A stretch of DNA of 64,000 nt from a virus (taxonomy: Duplodnaviria; Caudoviricetes). A model generated the notes under the pieces. It saw only the letters and a list, made by a program, of their open reading frames with translations, was not told the origin of the DNA and made no database searches. Shown here piece after piece: positions 9,447 to 20,095 of this stretch. The number at the start of each line of letters is the position of its first letter. Positions within the stretch are counted from its first letter, which is position 1. The position numbers and the translations under genes are program-made. The DNA is taken from the IMG/VR virus record IMGVR_UViG_2775507207_000001, positions 8,017 through 72,016 of that record; one strand, 5' to 3'.

Positions 9447-10585
9447 GTAAAAAAGCGATCCCGCGCATTTATGACAAGGCTGGCAAGCAGGTAAAAGTCG
9501 CGGATAAAAGTTGGTACACATTCCAGGCCAGCGGTGAAGCTGAACAACAGACCATTGAGGTATTTGTATACGGTGAGATCGGCACCTGGGGTGTCAGCGC
9601 TAACCAGTTTGTTCAGGACCTGCGGGCGATGGATGACGGCGTTTCCCCGGTCGTTGTGGCGTTCAACAGCATTGGCGGCGACCTATTCGACGGCCTGGCT
9701 ATTCACAACGCGCTGTCGCGCTTGGGCGAGCGCTGTACCGGGCGCATTGATGCGCTGGCGGCCAGCGCGGCCAGTGTTGCCGTGTGTGGCGCTCACCGGG
9801 TGGTGATCGCGGCCAATGCCATGTTGATGATCCACAACCCCTACACCTTTACCGGCGGTGATGCTGAGGACTTCCGGCGTGTCGCCGACGTGCTGGACCA
9901 GACACTGGAAGCGATTATTGCGGCCTACAAGTCCAAAGCGCCGGACATCGACGAGGCCGAGCTTCGGCGCATGGTTAACGCCGAAACCTGGCTGACGGCC
10001 AACGAAGCAGTCGCCTTGGGCTTGGCCGATGAAGTGGGCGACGGGCTGAAGGTGAAAGCCTGCCTCGGGCAGGGCAGCGTGTTGCAGCGCTTCCAGAACG
10101 CCCCGGCTGAATTGCTGGCTCAGTTGGACGAAGAGCCGGATGTCGAGCCGACTGATCCTGTAAATCCTGCGGATCCAGCACCCGTATTGGACGCTGCCGG
10201 ATTGGCGTTGATGGTTACCAAGGGGTGTGCGGCGGCTGGCATCAGCAACCTGGTGGACCCGATACTCGCTTCGACAAAGCTGGAAAGCGAAGCGGTAGTC
10301 ACTGCGGCGCTGACCAAGGCGAAAGCGCTGCACGGCCTGTGTGTCGCGGCACGATTGCCGGAACTGACCGGCGAATTTCTGGCTGCCGGTCTGGATGAAG
10401 CTGCTGTCAGGGCGCGCCTGTTCGACAAGCTGGTAAGCAGCGGTGGCGGTTTTGAAATCAACAACAGTCTGCCGCTCGACAATGATCCGGCACCCACTAT
10501 CAAGGCCAAACAGGTCGACAGTCATTCAATCTGGGCAAGCCGGCAGGCGGCGCAGAACGGAACCTCGAAAGGAGTAAGAGCATGA
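9443..10585 (+). CDS. ClpP-like head maturation protease with scaffold extension
   Basis: NSIGGD, LAASAAS, MIHNP, ETWLTANEA motifs. Confidence 0.92.
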   Translation: MSKKAIPRIYDKAGKQVKVADKSWYTFQASGEAEQQTIEVFVYGEIGTWGVSANQFVQDLRAMDDGVSPVVVAFNSIGGDLFDGLAIHNALSRLGERCTGRIDALAASAASVAVCGAHRVVIAANAMLMIHNPYTFTGGDAEDFRRVADVLDQTLEAIIAAYKSKAPDIDEAELRRMVNAETWLTANEAVALGLADEVGDGLKVKACLGQGSVLQRFQNAPAELLAQLDEEPDVEPTDPVNPADPAPVLDAAGLALMVTKGCAAAGISNLVDPILASTKLESEAVVTAALTKAKALHGLCVAARLPELTGEFLAAGLDEAAVRARLFDKLVSSGGGFEINNSLPLDNDPAPTIKAKQVDSHSIWASRQAAQNGTSKGVRA

Positions 10586-10920
10586 AAACTGAATCGATGC
10601 ACGCGGGCGAGTTCCTACTGTCCGAAGGCGCTGGCAACATTTCCCGCGAAGCGATCAACGTAGCGGCAGGGCCTGCCCTGGAACCGGGCCAGATCCTCGG
10701 CCTGGTCACAGCCAGCGGTGAGTTTGCGCCTTATAAAGCGACAGCTGAGGACGGCACCGAAAACGCCGTGGCGATCCTCTACGGGCCTTTAAGCGAATCC
10801 GATGTTGTCCGGCGCGGTCGTGCCATCGTGCGGCTGGCTGAGGTCAGCGAGGCGCATTTGACCGGCCTTGATCCTGCCGCCGAGAAAGCCCTGAACAACC
10901 AGCACGTGATCGTGCGCTAA
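10582..10920 (+). CDS. Head decoration protein
   Basis: Size and position between protease and capsid; gpD-like sequence. Confidence 0.8.
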   Translation: MKTESMHAGEFLLSEGAGNISREAINVAAGPALEPGQILGLVTASGEFAPYKATAEDGTENAVAILYGPLSESDVVRRGRAIVRLAEVSEAHLTGLDPAAEKALNNQHVIVR

Positions 10921-10983
10921 GACGCTTATCCCATTTATCCATCCCGCCGAGTGCGGGATTTTTCGTTTCTGGAGTGTACCCCC

Positions 10984-11979
10984 ATGGCCGATATCGCCAT
11001 TTTTGAAGACGATGCGTTCAGCGTTTCCTCGTTGACTGCCGCAATCAATGAACAGGAATACCTGCCGGGCCGTATCAGCAGCCTCGGCCTTTTCCGCGAA
11101 GAGGGCATCAGCACGCTGACCGTGCAGATCGAGAAAGACGGCGACACTCTGGCCCTGGTGCCATCTGGTGAACGTGGTACTTCTGGCCTGGTGGTCGGTG
11201 CGAATAAGCGTCAGTTGATCCCGTTCAACACCGTGCACCTGCCGGAGCGCTTCACCATCAAGGCCGATAAGATCCAAGGCATTCGCGCCTTTGGTACCCG
11301 CAGCGAACTGCAGGCCGTGCAGGATGTAGTTAACAAGCGCCTGGCAAAGGCCCGCCGACAGCTGGATGCCACCCACGAATTCCAGCGTATGGGTGCGTTG
11401 AACGGGCAGGTGCTGGACGCCGATGGCAAGACAGTCCTGTTGGATATTTATAAATCCTTCGGCGTGAATCGCCAGAAACTGCCGATGGGCTTGAACAGCC
11501 CAGATACCGAGCTGCGCGTCAAATGCGGCGAAGCGCTGGATATGCAAGAGGAAGCCCTCGGCAGCGTCACCAGCAGCGGCTCCCGCGCGTTGTGCGGCAA
11601 GAACTTCTGGAACAAGCTGATCGTGCACAAGTCGGTCAAAGAGACCTATCTCAACACCATGCAGGCCGCGTCACTGCGTGGTGATGCACGTGAAGCTTTC
11701 GAGTTCGGCGGGATCGTCTGGGAGCGGTATCGCGGCAAGGTTGCTGGCGTTGCGTTCGTCCATGACGACAAGGCACTGCTGGTCCCCGAGGGCGTCCCTG
11801 ACCTGTACATCTCGTCCTTCGCACCGGCCGACTACATGGAAACGGTCAACACCCAGGGCATCCCGTACTACAGCAAGATCGAGCCGCTGCCTTTCAACAA
11901 GGGTGTCGCCGGGGAAGCCCAGTCCAACCCGCTGCACCTTTGCACGCGGCCTCGCGCGCAGATCCTGCTGGAGATGTGA
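10984..11979 (+). CDS. Major capsid protein (lambda gpE family)
   Basis: EAQSNPLHLCTRP C-terminus and FAPADY motif. Confidence 0.92.
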   Translation: MADIAIFEDDAFSVSSLTAAINEQEYLPGRISSLGLFREEGISTLTVQIEKDGDTLALVPSGERGTSGLVVGANKRQLIPFNTVHLPERFTIKADKIQGIRAFGTRSELQAVQDVVNKRLAKARRQLDATHEFQRMGALNGQVLDADGKTVLLDIYKSFGVNRQKLPMGLNSPDTELRVKCGEALDMQEEALGSVTSSGSRALCGKNFWNKLIVHKSVKETYLNTMQAASLRGDAREAFEFGGIVWERYRGKVAGVAFVHDDKALLVPEGVPDLYISSFAPADYMETVNTQGIPYYSKIEPLPFNKGVAGEAQSNPLHLCTRPRAQILLEM

Positions 11980-11981
11980 TC

Positions 11982-12302
11982 GTGGCCTTCCGCGATCTGA
12001 TCGAAGACATCGACGAAGTGGTCTTCGAAACACTGGGCGATAGCGCACGGATTGAGGGCCGCGAAGAGCCGGTGCTTGGTATGTTTGCGGCGCCCTGGTT
12101 GCAGCCGAAGCTCGGCAAGCTCAATACCGGCTTGCGTGAGCCTCGGTTTGAGATCCGCGTCAGTGATTCGGAAGGCTTGAAACGCGGGCTTTTGGTCAGC
12201 ATCGACTTGCCCGCCCTGGACGGCGGCGGCGATTACGACTTGCTGCAGCTGGAGCCGAGCGGCGACGGTCTGGTCGCCTTGATCCTGAGGCTGCGCCCAT
12301 GA
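11982..12302 (+). CDS. Head-tail joining/closure protein
   Basis: Position after the capsid; GTG start uncertain (11976 or 11982). Confidence 0.65.
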   Translation: MAFRDLIEDIDEVVFETLGDSARIEGREEPVLGMFAAPWLQPKLGKLNTGLREPRFEIRVSDSEGLKRGLLVSIDLPALDGGGDYDLLQLEPSGDGLVALILRLRP

Positions 12303-12958
12303 GCATCGGTAGCTACGTCAAACCCTCGGCCGGCGGCGGGATGATCTCGATCCAGTCGTCAGCTGCAGATCTCCAGGCGTTTCAGGACTTCGCCAAGTTG
12401 GTGCCCAAGGCAGCTGCTGCGGCCCACCGACGCGCGATCAACAAGACGTTGGGCTGGTTGCGCACGCACATTGCCCGTGCAGTCAGCAGGCAGGAGCGCA
12501 TTGCTGTCGCGGCAGTGCGTCAACGGTTACGCAGCTACCCAGTGTCCGGCGGGGCATCGAGCGGCAAGTTGTGGTTCGGCTTGAATGCCATCGAGTCCAG
12601 CCGGATTGGCCGGGCGCGGCAAACCGGTAGCGGAGTGTCGGTGGCGGGGCGGCGTTATCAAGGCGCGTTTCTCAAGAAGGTCTACGGCAACAAGCCAGAC
12701 ATTTGGATTCGCACTGCTAGCAAGCACTTCAATGCTGATGATTACCCAGACAGCACGGTATCCGCTGGTCGCGGTGCAAGTTCTGGATGGGTCGCAGAAA
12801 ATGGAAATCGTTTTCCATTAGCGAAAGCCAAGGTGTCTCTGGAACAAGCCCGTCCGCACTTTGAAAGCTGGGTACAAAAGGCGGACGAGCGTCTGTTGGA
12901 GATCCTGCAGCAGGAGCTCAACTTCGAACTACAGAAATACTTGAAGAGGATCGGTTAA
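12299..12958 (+). CDS. Minor tail protein Z-like
   Basis: RRAINKTLGWLRT basic motif; neck-region position. Confidence 0.65.
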   Translation: MSIGSYVKPSAGGGMISIQSSAADLQAFQDFAKLVPKAAAAAHRRAINKTLGWLRTHIARAVSRQERIAVAAVRQRLRSYPVSGGASSGKLWFGLNAIESSRIGRARQTGSGVSVAGRRYQGAFLKKVYGNKPDIWIRTASKHFNADDYPDSTVSAGRGASSGWVAENGNRFPLAKAKVSLEQARPHFESWVQKADERLLEILQQELNFELQKYLKRIG

Positions 12959-13473
12959 TGGCTGACCAACCTTTTAGCCTGGACCAGCTTTACCGGGCGG
13001 TCGAGCAACACCTGGTGGGCCATCTGCCAGGGGTTCAGACGGTAAGTGCCTGGCCGGACATTCAGGATCGCATCGCTTTACCGGCGGTCTTTCTGGAGCT
13101 GGCTGAGATCGAGCCCGGTACCGATATCGGCACGGGTGAAACCACATTGGTGTGTAAGTTCGAGGCACGTATCGTCGTCGACCCGATCTATCCTCTGCAT
13201 CAGCAACAGGCGGTGCAGCTGGCTACCCAACTTGCGGTCCTACTCCGAGCTCAGACCTGGGGGCTGGAAGTCGAGCCGGCAGAGTTCGTTCAGGCACTAC
13301 AGGACTGGACCCAGCCAGTGTTGGATGGTTACACCGTTTGGCTGGTGGAATGGACGCAGCAGGTTTACCTCGGTCCTGAAGAGTGGCCTTGGCCCGATCA
13401 GCCGCCCGGCATGCTGTTGTTTGGCTTTAACAACGACGTCAAAGAGGACTTTGTTCCAGCGGAGGACTTGTGA
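12958..13473 (+). CDS. Tail completion/terminator protein
   Basis: Position; WLVEWTQQVYLG resembles the tailocin gene at 37846. Confidence 0.6.
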   Translation: MADQPFSLDQLYRAVEQHLVGHLPGVQTVSAWPDIQDRIALPAVFLELAEIEPGTDIGTGETTLVCKFEARIVVDPIYPLHQQQAVQLATQLAVLLRAQTWGLEVEPAEFVQALQDWTQPVLDGYTVWLVEWTQQVYLGPEEWPWPDQPPGMLLFGFNNDVKEDFVPAEDL

Positions 13474-14036
13474 GCGGCTATGCCACTGCCCAGCATGACC
13501 GCATGCTTGCGGGGGTGGTCAAGGATTGCTTTGTGGTGGCGGTCGATCTGGCTGCCTCCCCTCCGATGTGTCGGGTTTCGGACGGCGAATGGACTAGCGC
13601 CTGGGTGCGCTGGCACAGCATCGCCGCCGGCAAAGCCAGGCATTGGAGGGCTCCGTCTCTGGGTGAGCAGGGGACATTGGTCAGTGCCAGCGGTGACGTG
13701 TCACAGGGCACGTTCATTCCGGGATTGTATGGCAACGCGGGTCCGCCACCGGATAACCGGGATCATGTGGAAGTCTGGCGGTTTGATGATGGCGGCTCGC
13801 TGATTTACGACTGGCAGGCAAAGAGCTACAGCATCACCCTGCCGAGCGGTACGGTGACCATCAAAGTCGCCAGTACAGAGGTGGTCGTGACGGACAGCGC
13901 CGTGAACGTGACCACCGGCAACATCAATCTGAAAGCAGCGGTGATGATCGATGGCGCGTTACACGTCACGAAAGGCATCACCAGTGCCGGTGCGATCATC
14001 GACGCCGGTGGCAACAGCAATCACCACACGCATTAA
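13470..14036 (+). CDS. Baseplate spike protein V
   Basis: WRAPSLGEQ motif and C-terminal HHTH metal-binding motif. Confidence 0.9.
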   Translation: MSGYATAQHDRMLAGVVKDCFVVAVDLAASPPMCRVSDGEWTSAWVRWHSIAAGKARHWRAPSLGEQGTLVSASGDVSQGTFIPGLYGNAGPPPDNRDHVEVWRFDDGGSLIYDWQAKSYSITLPSGTVTIKVASTEVVVTDSAVNVTTGNINLKAAVMIDGALHVTKGITSAGAIIDAGGNSNHHTH

Positions 14037-14093
14037 TTTCAACCCACAAACAGCCCGCCCAGTGCGGGCTTTTTCATATCTGGAGTCTGCTTT

Positions 14094-14363
14094 ATGAGTA
14101 AGTCTAGAACTGATGGCGATTCTGCCGAGGCCACTGTGGTTCCGGGGTTGAAGCCGGCGCCGCTGGGTTTTCCCGTGACTGCTGACGCGGTTGAGCCCAT
14201 CGGACCAGGGCGTGTTTTTCGCGACAAGGTTTTCACCTCGCGGACATTGATCCTACCCGGCGGCGGGACGCTTCCTGTTGTTGCTGGTCGAGTTACCGCA
14301 TGTGGTGATGATCAATTTGCGTTCTTGAAAGCGCATCCAGATCTGGAGCAATTGAAGGAGTAA
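14094..14363 (+). CDS. Hypothetical phage protein
   Basis: GGAG RBS; lies within the tail operon. Confidence 0.6.
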   Translation: MSKSRTDGDSAEATVVPGLKPAPLGFPVTADAVEPIGPGRVFRDKVFTSRTLILPGGGTLPVVAGRVTACGDDQFAFLKAHPDLEQLKE

Positions 14364-14368
14364 TCACA

Positions 14369-14695
14369 ATGATCGGAATGGATCGCCACACCGGCCAACC
14401 CATTTCCGGCATCGCACACTTGCGGCAATCGGTTCCAGACATATTGGGCACGCCGTTGGGCAGCCGGCGGCATCGGATGGCTTACGGCAGCAAGCTCCGG
14501 CGATTTGTGGATTTGCCCGTCACCGATGGCTGGAAAAGCGCCGTGCAGGCGGAGGTCGCCCGCGCACTGGGCCGCTGGGAGCCGCGTTTGAAGCTGGATC
14601 AAGTGCGCGTCATTTCCGTTATCGGCGGGCAAATTAACCTGAAGATCGTCGGGCAGTACCTAGGCGACAGCGTCACGCTGGAGGTGGCCGTATGA
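14369..14695 (+). CDS. Baseplate protein W/gp25 family
   Basis: TPLGSR...YGS and RWEPR motifs. Confidence 0.9.
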   Translation: MIGMDRHTGQPISGIAHLRQSVPDILGTPLGSRRHRMAYGSKLRRFVDLPVTDGWKSAVQAEVARALGRWEPRLKLDQVRVISVIGGQINLKIVGQYLGDSVTLEVAV

Positions 14696-15573
14696 GTATC
14701 GTGGATCTGTCGTCGTTACCGGCGCCGACCGTGTTAGAGCCGCTGGACTTCGAAGAGGTTTTTCAGGAGGGGCTGGGCGTCTTTCGCGGATACATGGGCG
14801 GCAACTGGACTGCAGCGCTGGAGAGCGATCCGGTGCTTAAGGTGCTGGAGGTTGGCGCTTACATCAAGGTCGGCAATCGCGCCCGAGTGAATGACGCCGG
14901 CAAAGCGGTATTGCTGGCGCACGCCATACGCGGTGACCTCGATCACCTGGGGGCCAACGTCAACCTCAAACGCCTGGTCATTCAAGCAGAGGATCTACTG
15001 GCCTTTCCGCCAGTTCCTGAAGTCAAAGAAGACGACGATGCGTTCCGAGAGCGCATCCAGTTGGCCTATGAGGGACTGACCACGGCCGGCCCGCGTAACA
15101 GCTACATCCTGCATGCGCGTAACGCCTCGGGGCTGGTGGCGGATGCCACGGCCGAAAGCCCGGCGCCTTGTTACGTGACGGTAACGGTGCTGGGATTGGA
15201 CGGGGAGGGTGAGGCTTCCCCGGAGCTGCTCGCCACGGTGGCAACTGCGCTGAATGACGACGATGTCCGGCCGGTGGGGGATAGGGTGACGGTTCAGAGC
15301 GCCCAGGTGATCCGCTACCAAGTCAAGGCGATCCTGCACATGACCAGCGCGGGCCCAGAAGCTGATGCCAGTTTAGCCGAGGCGAAAAGTCGACTGGCTG
15401 CATGGATCAATCCGCGCAAACGGCTCGGCGTTGAAGTTGCACGTTCCGGCGTAGACGCTCAGTTACACGTTGCCGGCGTTTCTCGGGTTGAGCTGGTCGG
15501 CTGGCAGGACTTGGCCCCGACCAAAGCTCAGGCGGCGTACTGTACGGGCTACACCGTGACGCTGGCGGCTTGA
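14692..15573 (+). CDS. Baseplate J protein
   Basis: LESDP, TTAGP, DVRPVGDRV motifs. Confidence 0.92.
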   Translation: MSIVDLSSLPAPTVLEPLDFEEVFQEGLGVFRGYMGGNWTAALESDPVLKVLEVGAYIKVGNRARVNDAGKAVLLAHAIRGDLDHLGANVNLKRLVIQAEDLLAFPPVPEVKEDDDAFRERIQLAYEGLTTAGPRNSYILHARNASGLVADATAESPAPCYVTVTVLGLDGEGEASPELLATVATALNDDDVRPVGDRVTVQSAQVIRYQVKAILHMTSAGPEADASLAEAKSRLAAWINPRKRLGVEVARSGVDAQLHVAGVSRVELVGWQDLAPTKAQAAYCTGYTVTLAA

Positions 15574-15574
15574 A

Positions 15575-16264
15575 ATGAAAAGCCTTTTGCCGATCAACAG
15601 CACGCAACTTGAACGGGCCATGGAGGCTACGTTTTTCGAGAAAACGATTGTCCCGCTTCGCGACCTCTACAACGCTGATACCTGCCCGGTGCATTTGCTG
15701 CCGCATCTGGCATGGGCATGGTCGGTGGATCGCTGGGATTACCGATGGACCGAGGCGACCAAACGCGCCGCCATCAAGGCCTCTTATTACATACATGCCC
15801 ACAAGGGCACCATCGGCGCGTTACGCCGTGTGGTAGAGCCTCTGGGCTACCTGATCGAGATTATCGAGTGGTTCAACATGAGGCCCGAAGGGACCCCAGG
15901 CACCTTTGCGTTAAAGGTCGGAGTGTTGGACACCGGTATCACTGAGGAAATGTATCAGGAGCTGGAGCGGCTGATTGATGACGCCAAGCCCGTCAGCCGT
16001 CACCTGACAGGGCTGGCGATTAGCCTGGAATCCACCGGGGCTATAAACATTTTTGCAAGCATATCTGACGGAGAAGTTATTGATGTTTATCCGCCGGTAC
16101 TTAGTGACATCGAGGTGACAGGTTTTATCGGAAGCGGGATTCGAGAGTGTTCCATAGATGAAATAGAAGTTTATCCTCCTGCGCCTGAACCTATCTTGGT
16201 TGACTGCTATGTCGGGGTGCCTGGTCGCGAACATTCCATAGACCATTTGGACGTATACACATGA
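15575..16264 (+). CDS. Tail protein I (P2 gpI)
   Basis: LPHLAWAWSVDRWD and HKGTIGALRR motifs. Confidence 0.92.
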   Translation: MKSLLPINSTQLERAMEATFFEKTIVPLRDLYNADTCPVHLLPHLAWAWSVDRWDYRWTEATKRAAIKASYYIHAHKGTIGALRRVVEPLGYLIEIIEWFNMRPEGTPGTFALKVGVLDTGITEEMYQELERLIDDAKPVSRHLTGLAISLESTGAINIFASISDGEVIDVYPPVLSDIEVTGFIGSGIRECSIDEIEVYPPAPEPILVDCYVGVPGREHSIDHLDVYT

Positions 16265-17850
16265 TTGATGCTAATTCGAAGTTTTTCGCGTTACTGACGG
16301 CGGTTGGCGAGGCAAAGCAAGTTAAGTCAGATGCAGGGCTGCTAACTTGGAAGCTGACCCATATGGCTGTAGGGGACGCAAACGGTACTGACCCTATCCC
16401 TGATCGCTCACAGAAAACACTGATTAATGAGCGCCGCCGGGCTCCATTGAATAGCCTGGAGCCTCATCCGACTAACCCTGGGATCCTAGTAGCCGAGCAG
16501 ATTATTCCAGCGGATGAAGGTGGGTTCTGGATTCGCGAATTGGGGCTTTTCGATTCTGACGGAGATTTGGTTGCCGTAGCTAATTGCGCGCCAAGTTACA
16601 AGTCGCTGCTTGCCCAAGGGTCTGGTAAAACACAAGTTATACGGATGAATTTTGTTGTTTCAAGTTCTACTAACGTTGTGTTGTTGATAGACCCGGCTGT
16701 TGTAAACGCTACTCGAAAGTATGTTGACGACTCGGTAGCGAATGCCGTCAACCGGCTTGATTTTAAACATTCGGCATTAGTCGCAACCACGGGCCCTGTG
16801 GTCCTGGCGGGCGTTCAAGCTATCGACGGTTTCGCGGTGCCAGCAGGTTCGCGGGTGCTGGTAAAAAATCAAGCGCAGGCGAAAGACAACGGCTTGTACG
16901 TCGTTGGGCCTGATAGCTGGGTGCGTTCGGTAGATGCGGACGCATCTGAGAAGGTGACGCCAGGTATGCAAGTGACCGTAGAGCGTGGAGCAGTGAATGC
17001 TGACACGTTGTGGTTTCTAACGACCGATGGAACAATCGATCTTGGTACCACTGCCCTAAGCTTTCGGAAGTTTACGGAGGGGCTGGCAGCGCTGGATTCA
17101 CCAGTTTTTACTGGTGACCCGAAGGCACCTACGCCACCCCAGTTCGATAGGGATAAATCCGTTGCAACCACGGAATTTGTAGGAAATTCGCAAGGCTCCT
17201 ATCGGGGGTTAGAGGTTGTTACCACGGCAACGAAAACACTGACCAATGCACATATTGGCTTCATGATGGCGTTATCGGGTAGCGGGTCAGTTTCTGTGAC
17301 ATTGCCACCCGCTAGCTCAGTGCCTGCCGGTGCGAGTATTAGTTTTTTTGCTGACCATGTTTACACGGCGCCCGACACTGTGCGAGCGGACGGAACTGAT
17401 ATTATCAACTTTGGGCTTGGTGCGTTTCTGCCCTCGATTAAAATCAATAATGGCGACTTTATAACACTTGTCAGTAATGGCGTGGGCGGTTGGTGCGCTA
17501 CGAGTAGGAGTGTGAGACTCGAACAGTCTTCAGAGTTTAGGCAGTCAAAAGGTGTGAACGGTTATCGGTACTTGCCGGGCGGGATGCTTGAGTGTTGGGG
17601 GCTGTCCGCAGCAACTACTGACAAAGTAAATATAACGTTTCCTGAGCAGTTTTCTGCTGCACCTTTCATTGTTCCCTATGACAGCTCAATGGAGGGCGCG
17701 GCCGTAATGACCTTGTGGCAAAACACAGCCATAACAACGACCGGTTTTATCGCTCAGAACATGTGCTCTTTAGTGCGTGGAAGTTCGGTTGTTAATGGTG
17801 TGACAAATTCGCAATGTAACTGGCGCGCCTTTGGTTGGGTGAACAAATGA
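16261..17850 (+). CDS. Tail fiber protein
   Basis: P2 gpH-type N-terminus (MAVGDANG, GGFWIRELGL) with a variable lower-GC C-terminus. Confidence 0.9.
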   Translation: MIDANSKFFALLTAVGEAKQVKSDAGLLTWKLTHMAVGDANGTDPIPDRSQKTLINERRRAPLNSLEPHPTNPGILVAEQIIPADEGGFWIRELGLFDSDGDLVAVANCAPSYKSLLAQGSGKTQVIRMNFVVSSSTNVVLLIDPAVVNATRKYVDDSVANAVNRLDFKHSALVATTGPVVLAGVQAIDGFAVPAGSRVLVKNQAQAKDNGLYVVGPDSWVRSVDADASEKVTPGMQVTVERGAVNADTLWFLTTDGTIDLGTTALSFRKFTEGLAALDSPVFTGDPKAPTPPQFDRDKSVATTEFVGNSQGSYRGLEVVTTATKTLTNAHIGFMMALSGSGSVSVTLPPASSVPAGASISFFADHVYTAPDTVRADGTDIINFGLGAFLPSIKINNGDFITLVSNGVGGWCATSRSVRLEQSSEFRQSKGVNGYRYLPGGMLECWGLSAATTDKVNITFPEQFSAAPFIVPYDSSMEGAAVMTLWQNTAITTTGFIAQNMCSLVRGSSVVNGVTNSQCNWRAFGWVNK

Positions 17851-18296
17851 ACAGCGAAAAAGAACTGGTAAGCACGGTTTATGCAAAGTGGGTTGATGAA
17901 GACGGGCGATATGCCTTTTCATCTACTGATAACGGGGGAATGGTAATTACTGGCGAGTACCGTCAAGAGCTTCTTGCCGGTGAAACGGATGGGCGTCAAA
18001 TTGCGCCAGATAGAACGGGGAGGCCAGTATTGGTAGACCCGCCGCCGCCATCGCCGGAAGTTCTGGCCGAACAAGCCAGGCAATGGCGAGACGCTGAAAT
18101 TGAAAGTGTTAAGTGGTTGCGCGAGCGGCACCGTGACGAAACTGATGCGCAGCGACCCACTACCTTAACGGCGAGCCAATCAGGAGAGCTGATCGACTAT
18201 GTGCAGGCGCTACGTGATTGGCCTGCCAGTCGTGATTTTCCTTTGTTGGAATCTCGGCCTTCTAAGCCTGATTGGATCCGCCAGCAAACCTCATAA
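17847..18296 (+). CDS. Tail fiber assembly chaperone
   Basis: WRD...YVQALRDWP motif. Confidence 0.85.
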   Translation: MNSEKELVSTVYAKWVDEDGRYAFSSTDNGGMVITGEYRQELLAGETDGRQIAPDRTGRPVLVDPPPPSPEVLAEQARQWRDAEIESVKWLRERHRDETDAQRPTTLTASQSGELIDYVQALRDWPASRDFPLLESRPSKPDWIRQQTS

Positions 18297-18398
18297 CGCC
18301 CCGCGCTGTCGGGGCGTTTTGCATTCCGACACACGTAACACAAACACCCTCCCGGCCTCGCTTATGCGGGGCTTTTTCGTTTCTGGAGCATTAGCTTT

Positions 18399-19565
18399 AT
18401 GAGTTTCTTTCACGGCGTTACTACGACTGATATCAAGACAGGCGCGCGCACTATTTCCTTGCCGTCGTCTTCCATCATCGGACTTTGCGACACCTTCACC
18501 CCGGGCGTCCTCGGCGGCGGTACCGCCAAGGCCGGCGAGCTCAAGTTGATCACCACCGAGCGCGAAGCTATTGCTGCCTTCGGCGCCAACTCGGCGATCA
18601 CCAAGGCTTGTAAAGCGATCTACACGAAGGCCAAGGCGGTGATCGTTGCCATCGGCGTGCCGAAGCTGGAAGACGCGGCGCTGCAAACCTCGGCGATCAT
18701 TGGCGGCGTTCTGGCCTCGGGTCAGCGTACCGGGCTACAAGCCTTGCTCGATGGCAAAAGCCTGTACAACGCGCAGCCTCGGCTGTTGATTGCGCCAGGT
18801 CACACTGCCACTCAGGCGGTCGCTACCGCGCTTGATAGCCTGGCGCAGAAGCTGCGGGCAATCGGCATTCTTGATGGCCCTGGCACCACGGATGAGGCGG
18901 CGATGCTTTATGCCGATAACTTTGGCAGTCGCAACCTGTTCATGGTCGATCCGGGCGTTCAGTACTGGGACACCGAGTCCAGCAAGACAGTTGATGCGCC
19001 GGCCTCGGCCTGGGCGGCGGGCTTGTTCGCTTGGACCGATGCTGAATACGGCTTCTGGGCCTCGCCGTCGAACAAGGAGTTCACCGGTATCACCGGTACG
19101 ACCCGAGCTGTCGAGTACTTGGACGGCGACGAGACGTGCCGGGCCAACCTGCTGAACAACGCCAATATCGCGACGATCATTCGCGACGACGGCTATCGCT
19201 TGTGGGGTAACCGCACGCTGTCGAGCGATCCAAAGTGGGCGTTTGTCACGCGTGTTCGCACGCTGTTCATCCTTATGGATGCTGTTCAGGCCGGCCATAA
19301 ATGGGCTGTTGACCGCTCGATCACCAAGACCTACGTCAAGGACGTGACGGATGGGCTGGATGCGTTCATGCGCGACCTCAAAGCCCAGGGCGCGATTATC
19401 AATTTTGAGGTGTTCCCGGACACTGAGCTGAACACTGCCAGCCAGATCGCCCAGGGCAAAGTTTATTGGCGCATCCGTTTCACCGACGTGCCGCCGGCAG
19501 AAAACCCGAATTTCCTTTTCGAAGTCACCGATCAGTGGATGACCGAAGTTCTTGAAGCAGCCTAA
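18399..19565 (+). CDS. Tail sheath protein
   Basis: FFHGV, WASPSN, LWGNRT motifs. Confidence 0.95.
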   Translation: MSFFHGVTTTDIKTGARTISLPSSSIIGLCDTFTPGVLGGGTAKAGELKLITTEREAIAAFGANSAITKACKAIYTKAKAVIVAIGVPKLEDAALQTSAIIGGVLASGQRTGLQALLDGKSLYNAQPRLLIAPGHTATQAVATALDSLAQKLRAIGILDGPGTTDEAAMLYADNFGSRNLFMVDPGVQYWDTESSKTVDAPASAWAAGLFAWTDAEYGFWASPSNKEFTGITGTTRAVEYLDGDETCRANLLNNANIATIIRDDGYRLWGNRTLSSDPKWAFVTRVRTLFILMDAVQAGHKWAVDRSITKTYVKDVTDGLDAFMRDLKAQGAIINFEVFPDTELNTASQIAQGKVYWRIRFTDVPPAENPNFLFEVTDQWMTEVLEAA

Positions 19566-19577
19566 GGGGCCTAGTCA

Positions 19578-20081
19578 ATGATTCCTCAAACCTTGTTTAA
19601 CACGAACATGTTTGTCGACGGTGTTAATTTCGCTGGCGACGTGCCGAGCCTTACGCTGCCCAAGCTGACCACCAAGACTGACGAGTATCGCGCTGGCGGC
19701 ATGGCCGGTGCGATTGAGATGGACCAAGGCCTGGAAAAAATGGAGGCGTCCTTTGTTACCAAGGGCGTGCGCCGTGAGTCGTTGAAGCACTTCGGTCTGG
19801 CCGATGGCACCGCTTTCAATGCTACGTTCCGGGGTGCCTTCAAGGGGCAGAAAGGGGCAGTCACGGCTGTGGTTGCCACCCTGCGCGGTCGCCTCAAAGA
19901 GCTCGATCTGGGTGACTGGAAAGCCGGTGACCCTGCCGAGATCAAGCACGCCGTGGCAGTCGCTTATTACAAGCTCGAAATCGACGGGCGCCTCATGTAC
20001 GAAATCGACATGGTCGCCGGTGTTCAGGTGATCGACGGCAAAGACCAACTCCTTGAAGTGCGCACCGCACTCGGCCTCTAA
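19578..20081 (+). CDS. Major tail tube protein (P2 FII)
   Basis: LPKL...EYRAGGM motif; follows the sheath gene. Confidence 0.93.
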   Translation: MIPQTLFNTNMFVDGVNFAGDVPSLTLPKLTTKTDEYRAGGMAGAIEMDQGLEKMEASFVTKGVRRESLKHFGLADGTAFNATFRGAFKGQKGAVTAVVATLRGRLKELDLGDWKAGDPAEIKHAVAVAYYKLEIDGRLMYEIDMVAGVQVIDGKDQLLEVRTALGL

Positions 20082-20095
20082 GGGAATAGATCCAA

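Noticed and set aside
16261-18296. Invertible or DGR-diversified tail fiber
   Set aside because: No invertase, reverse transcriptase, inverted crossover sites or template repeat seen in the window
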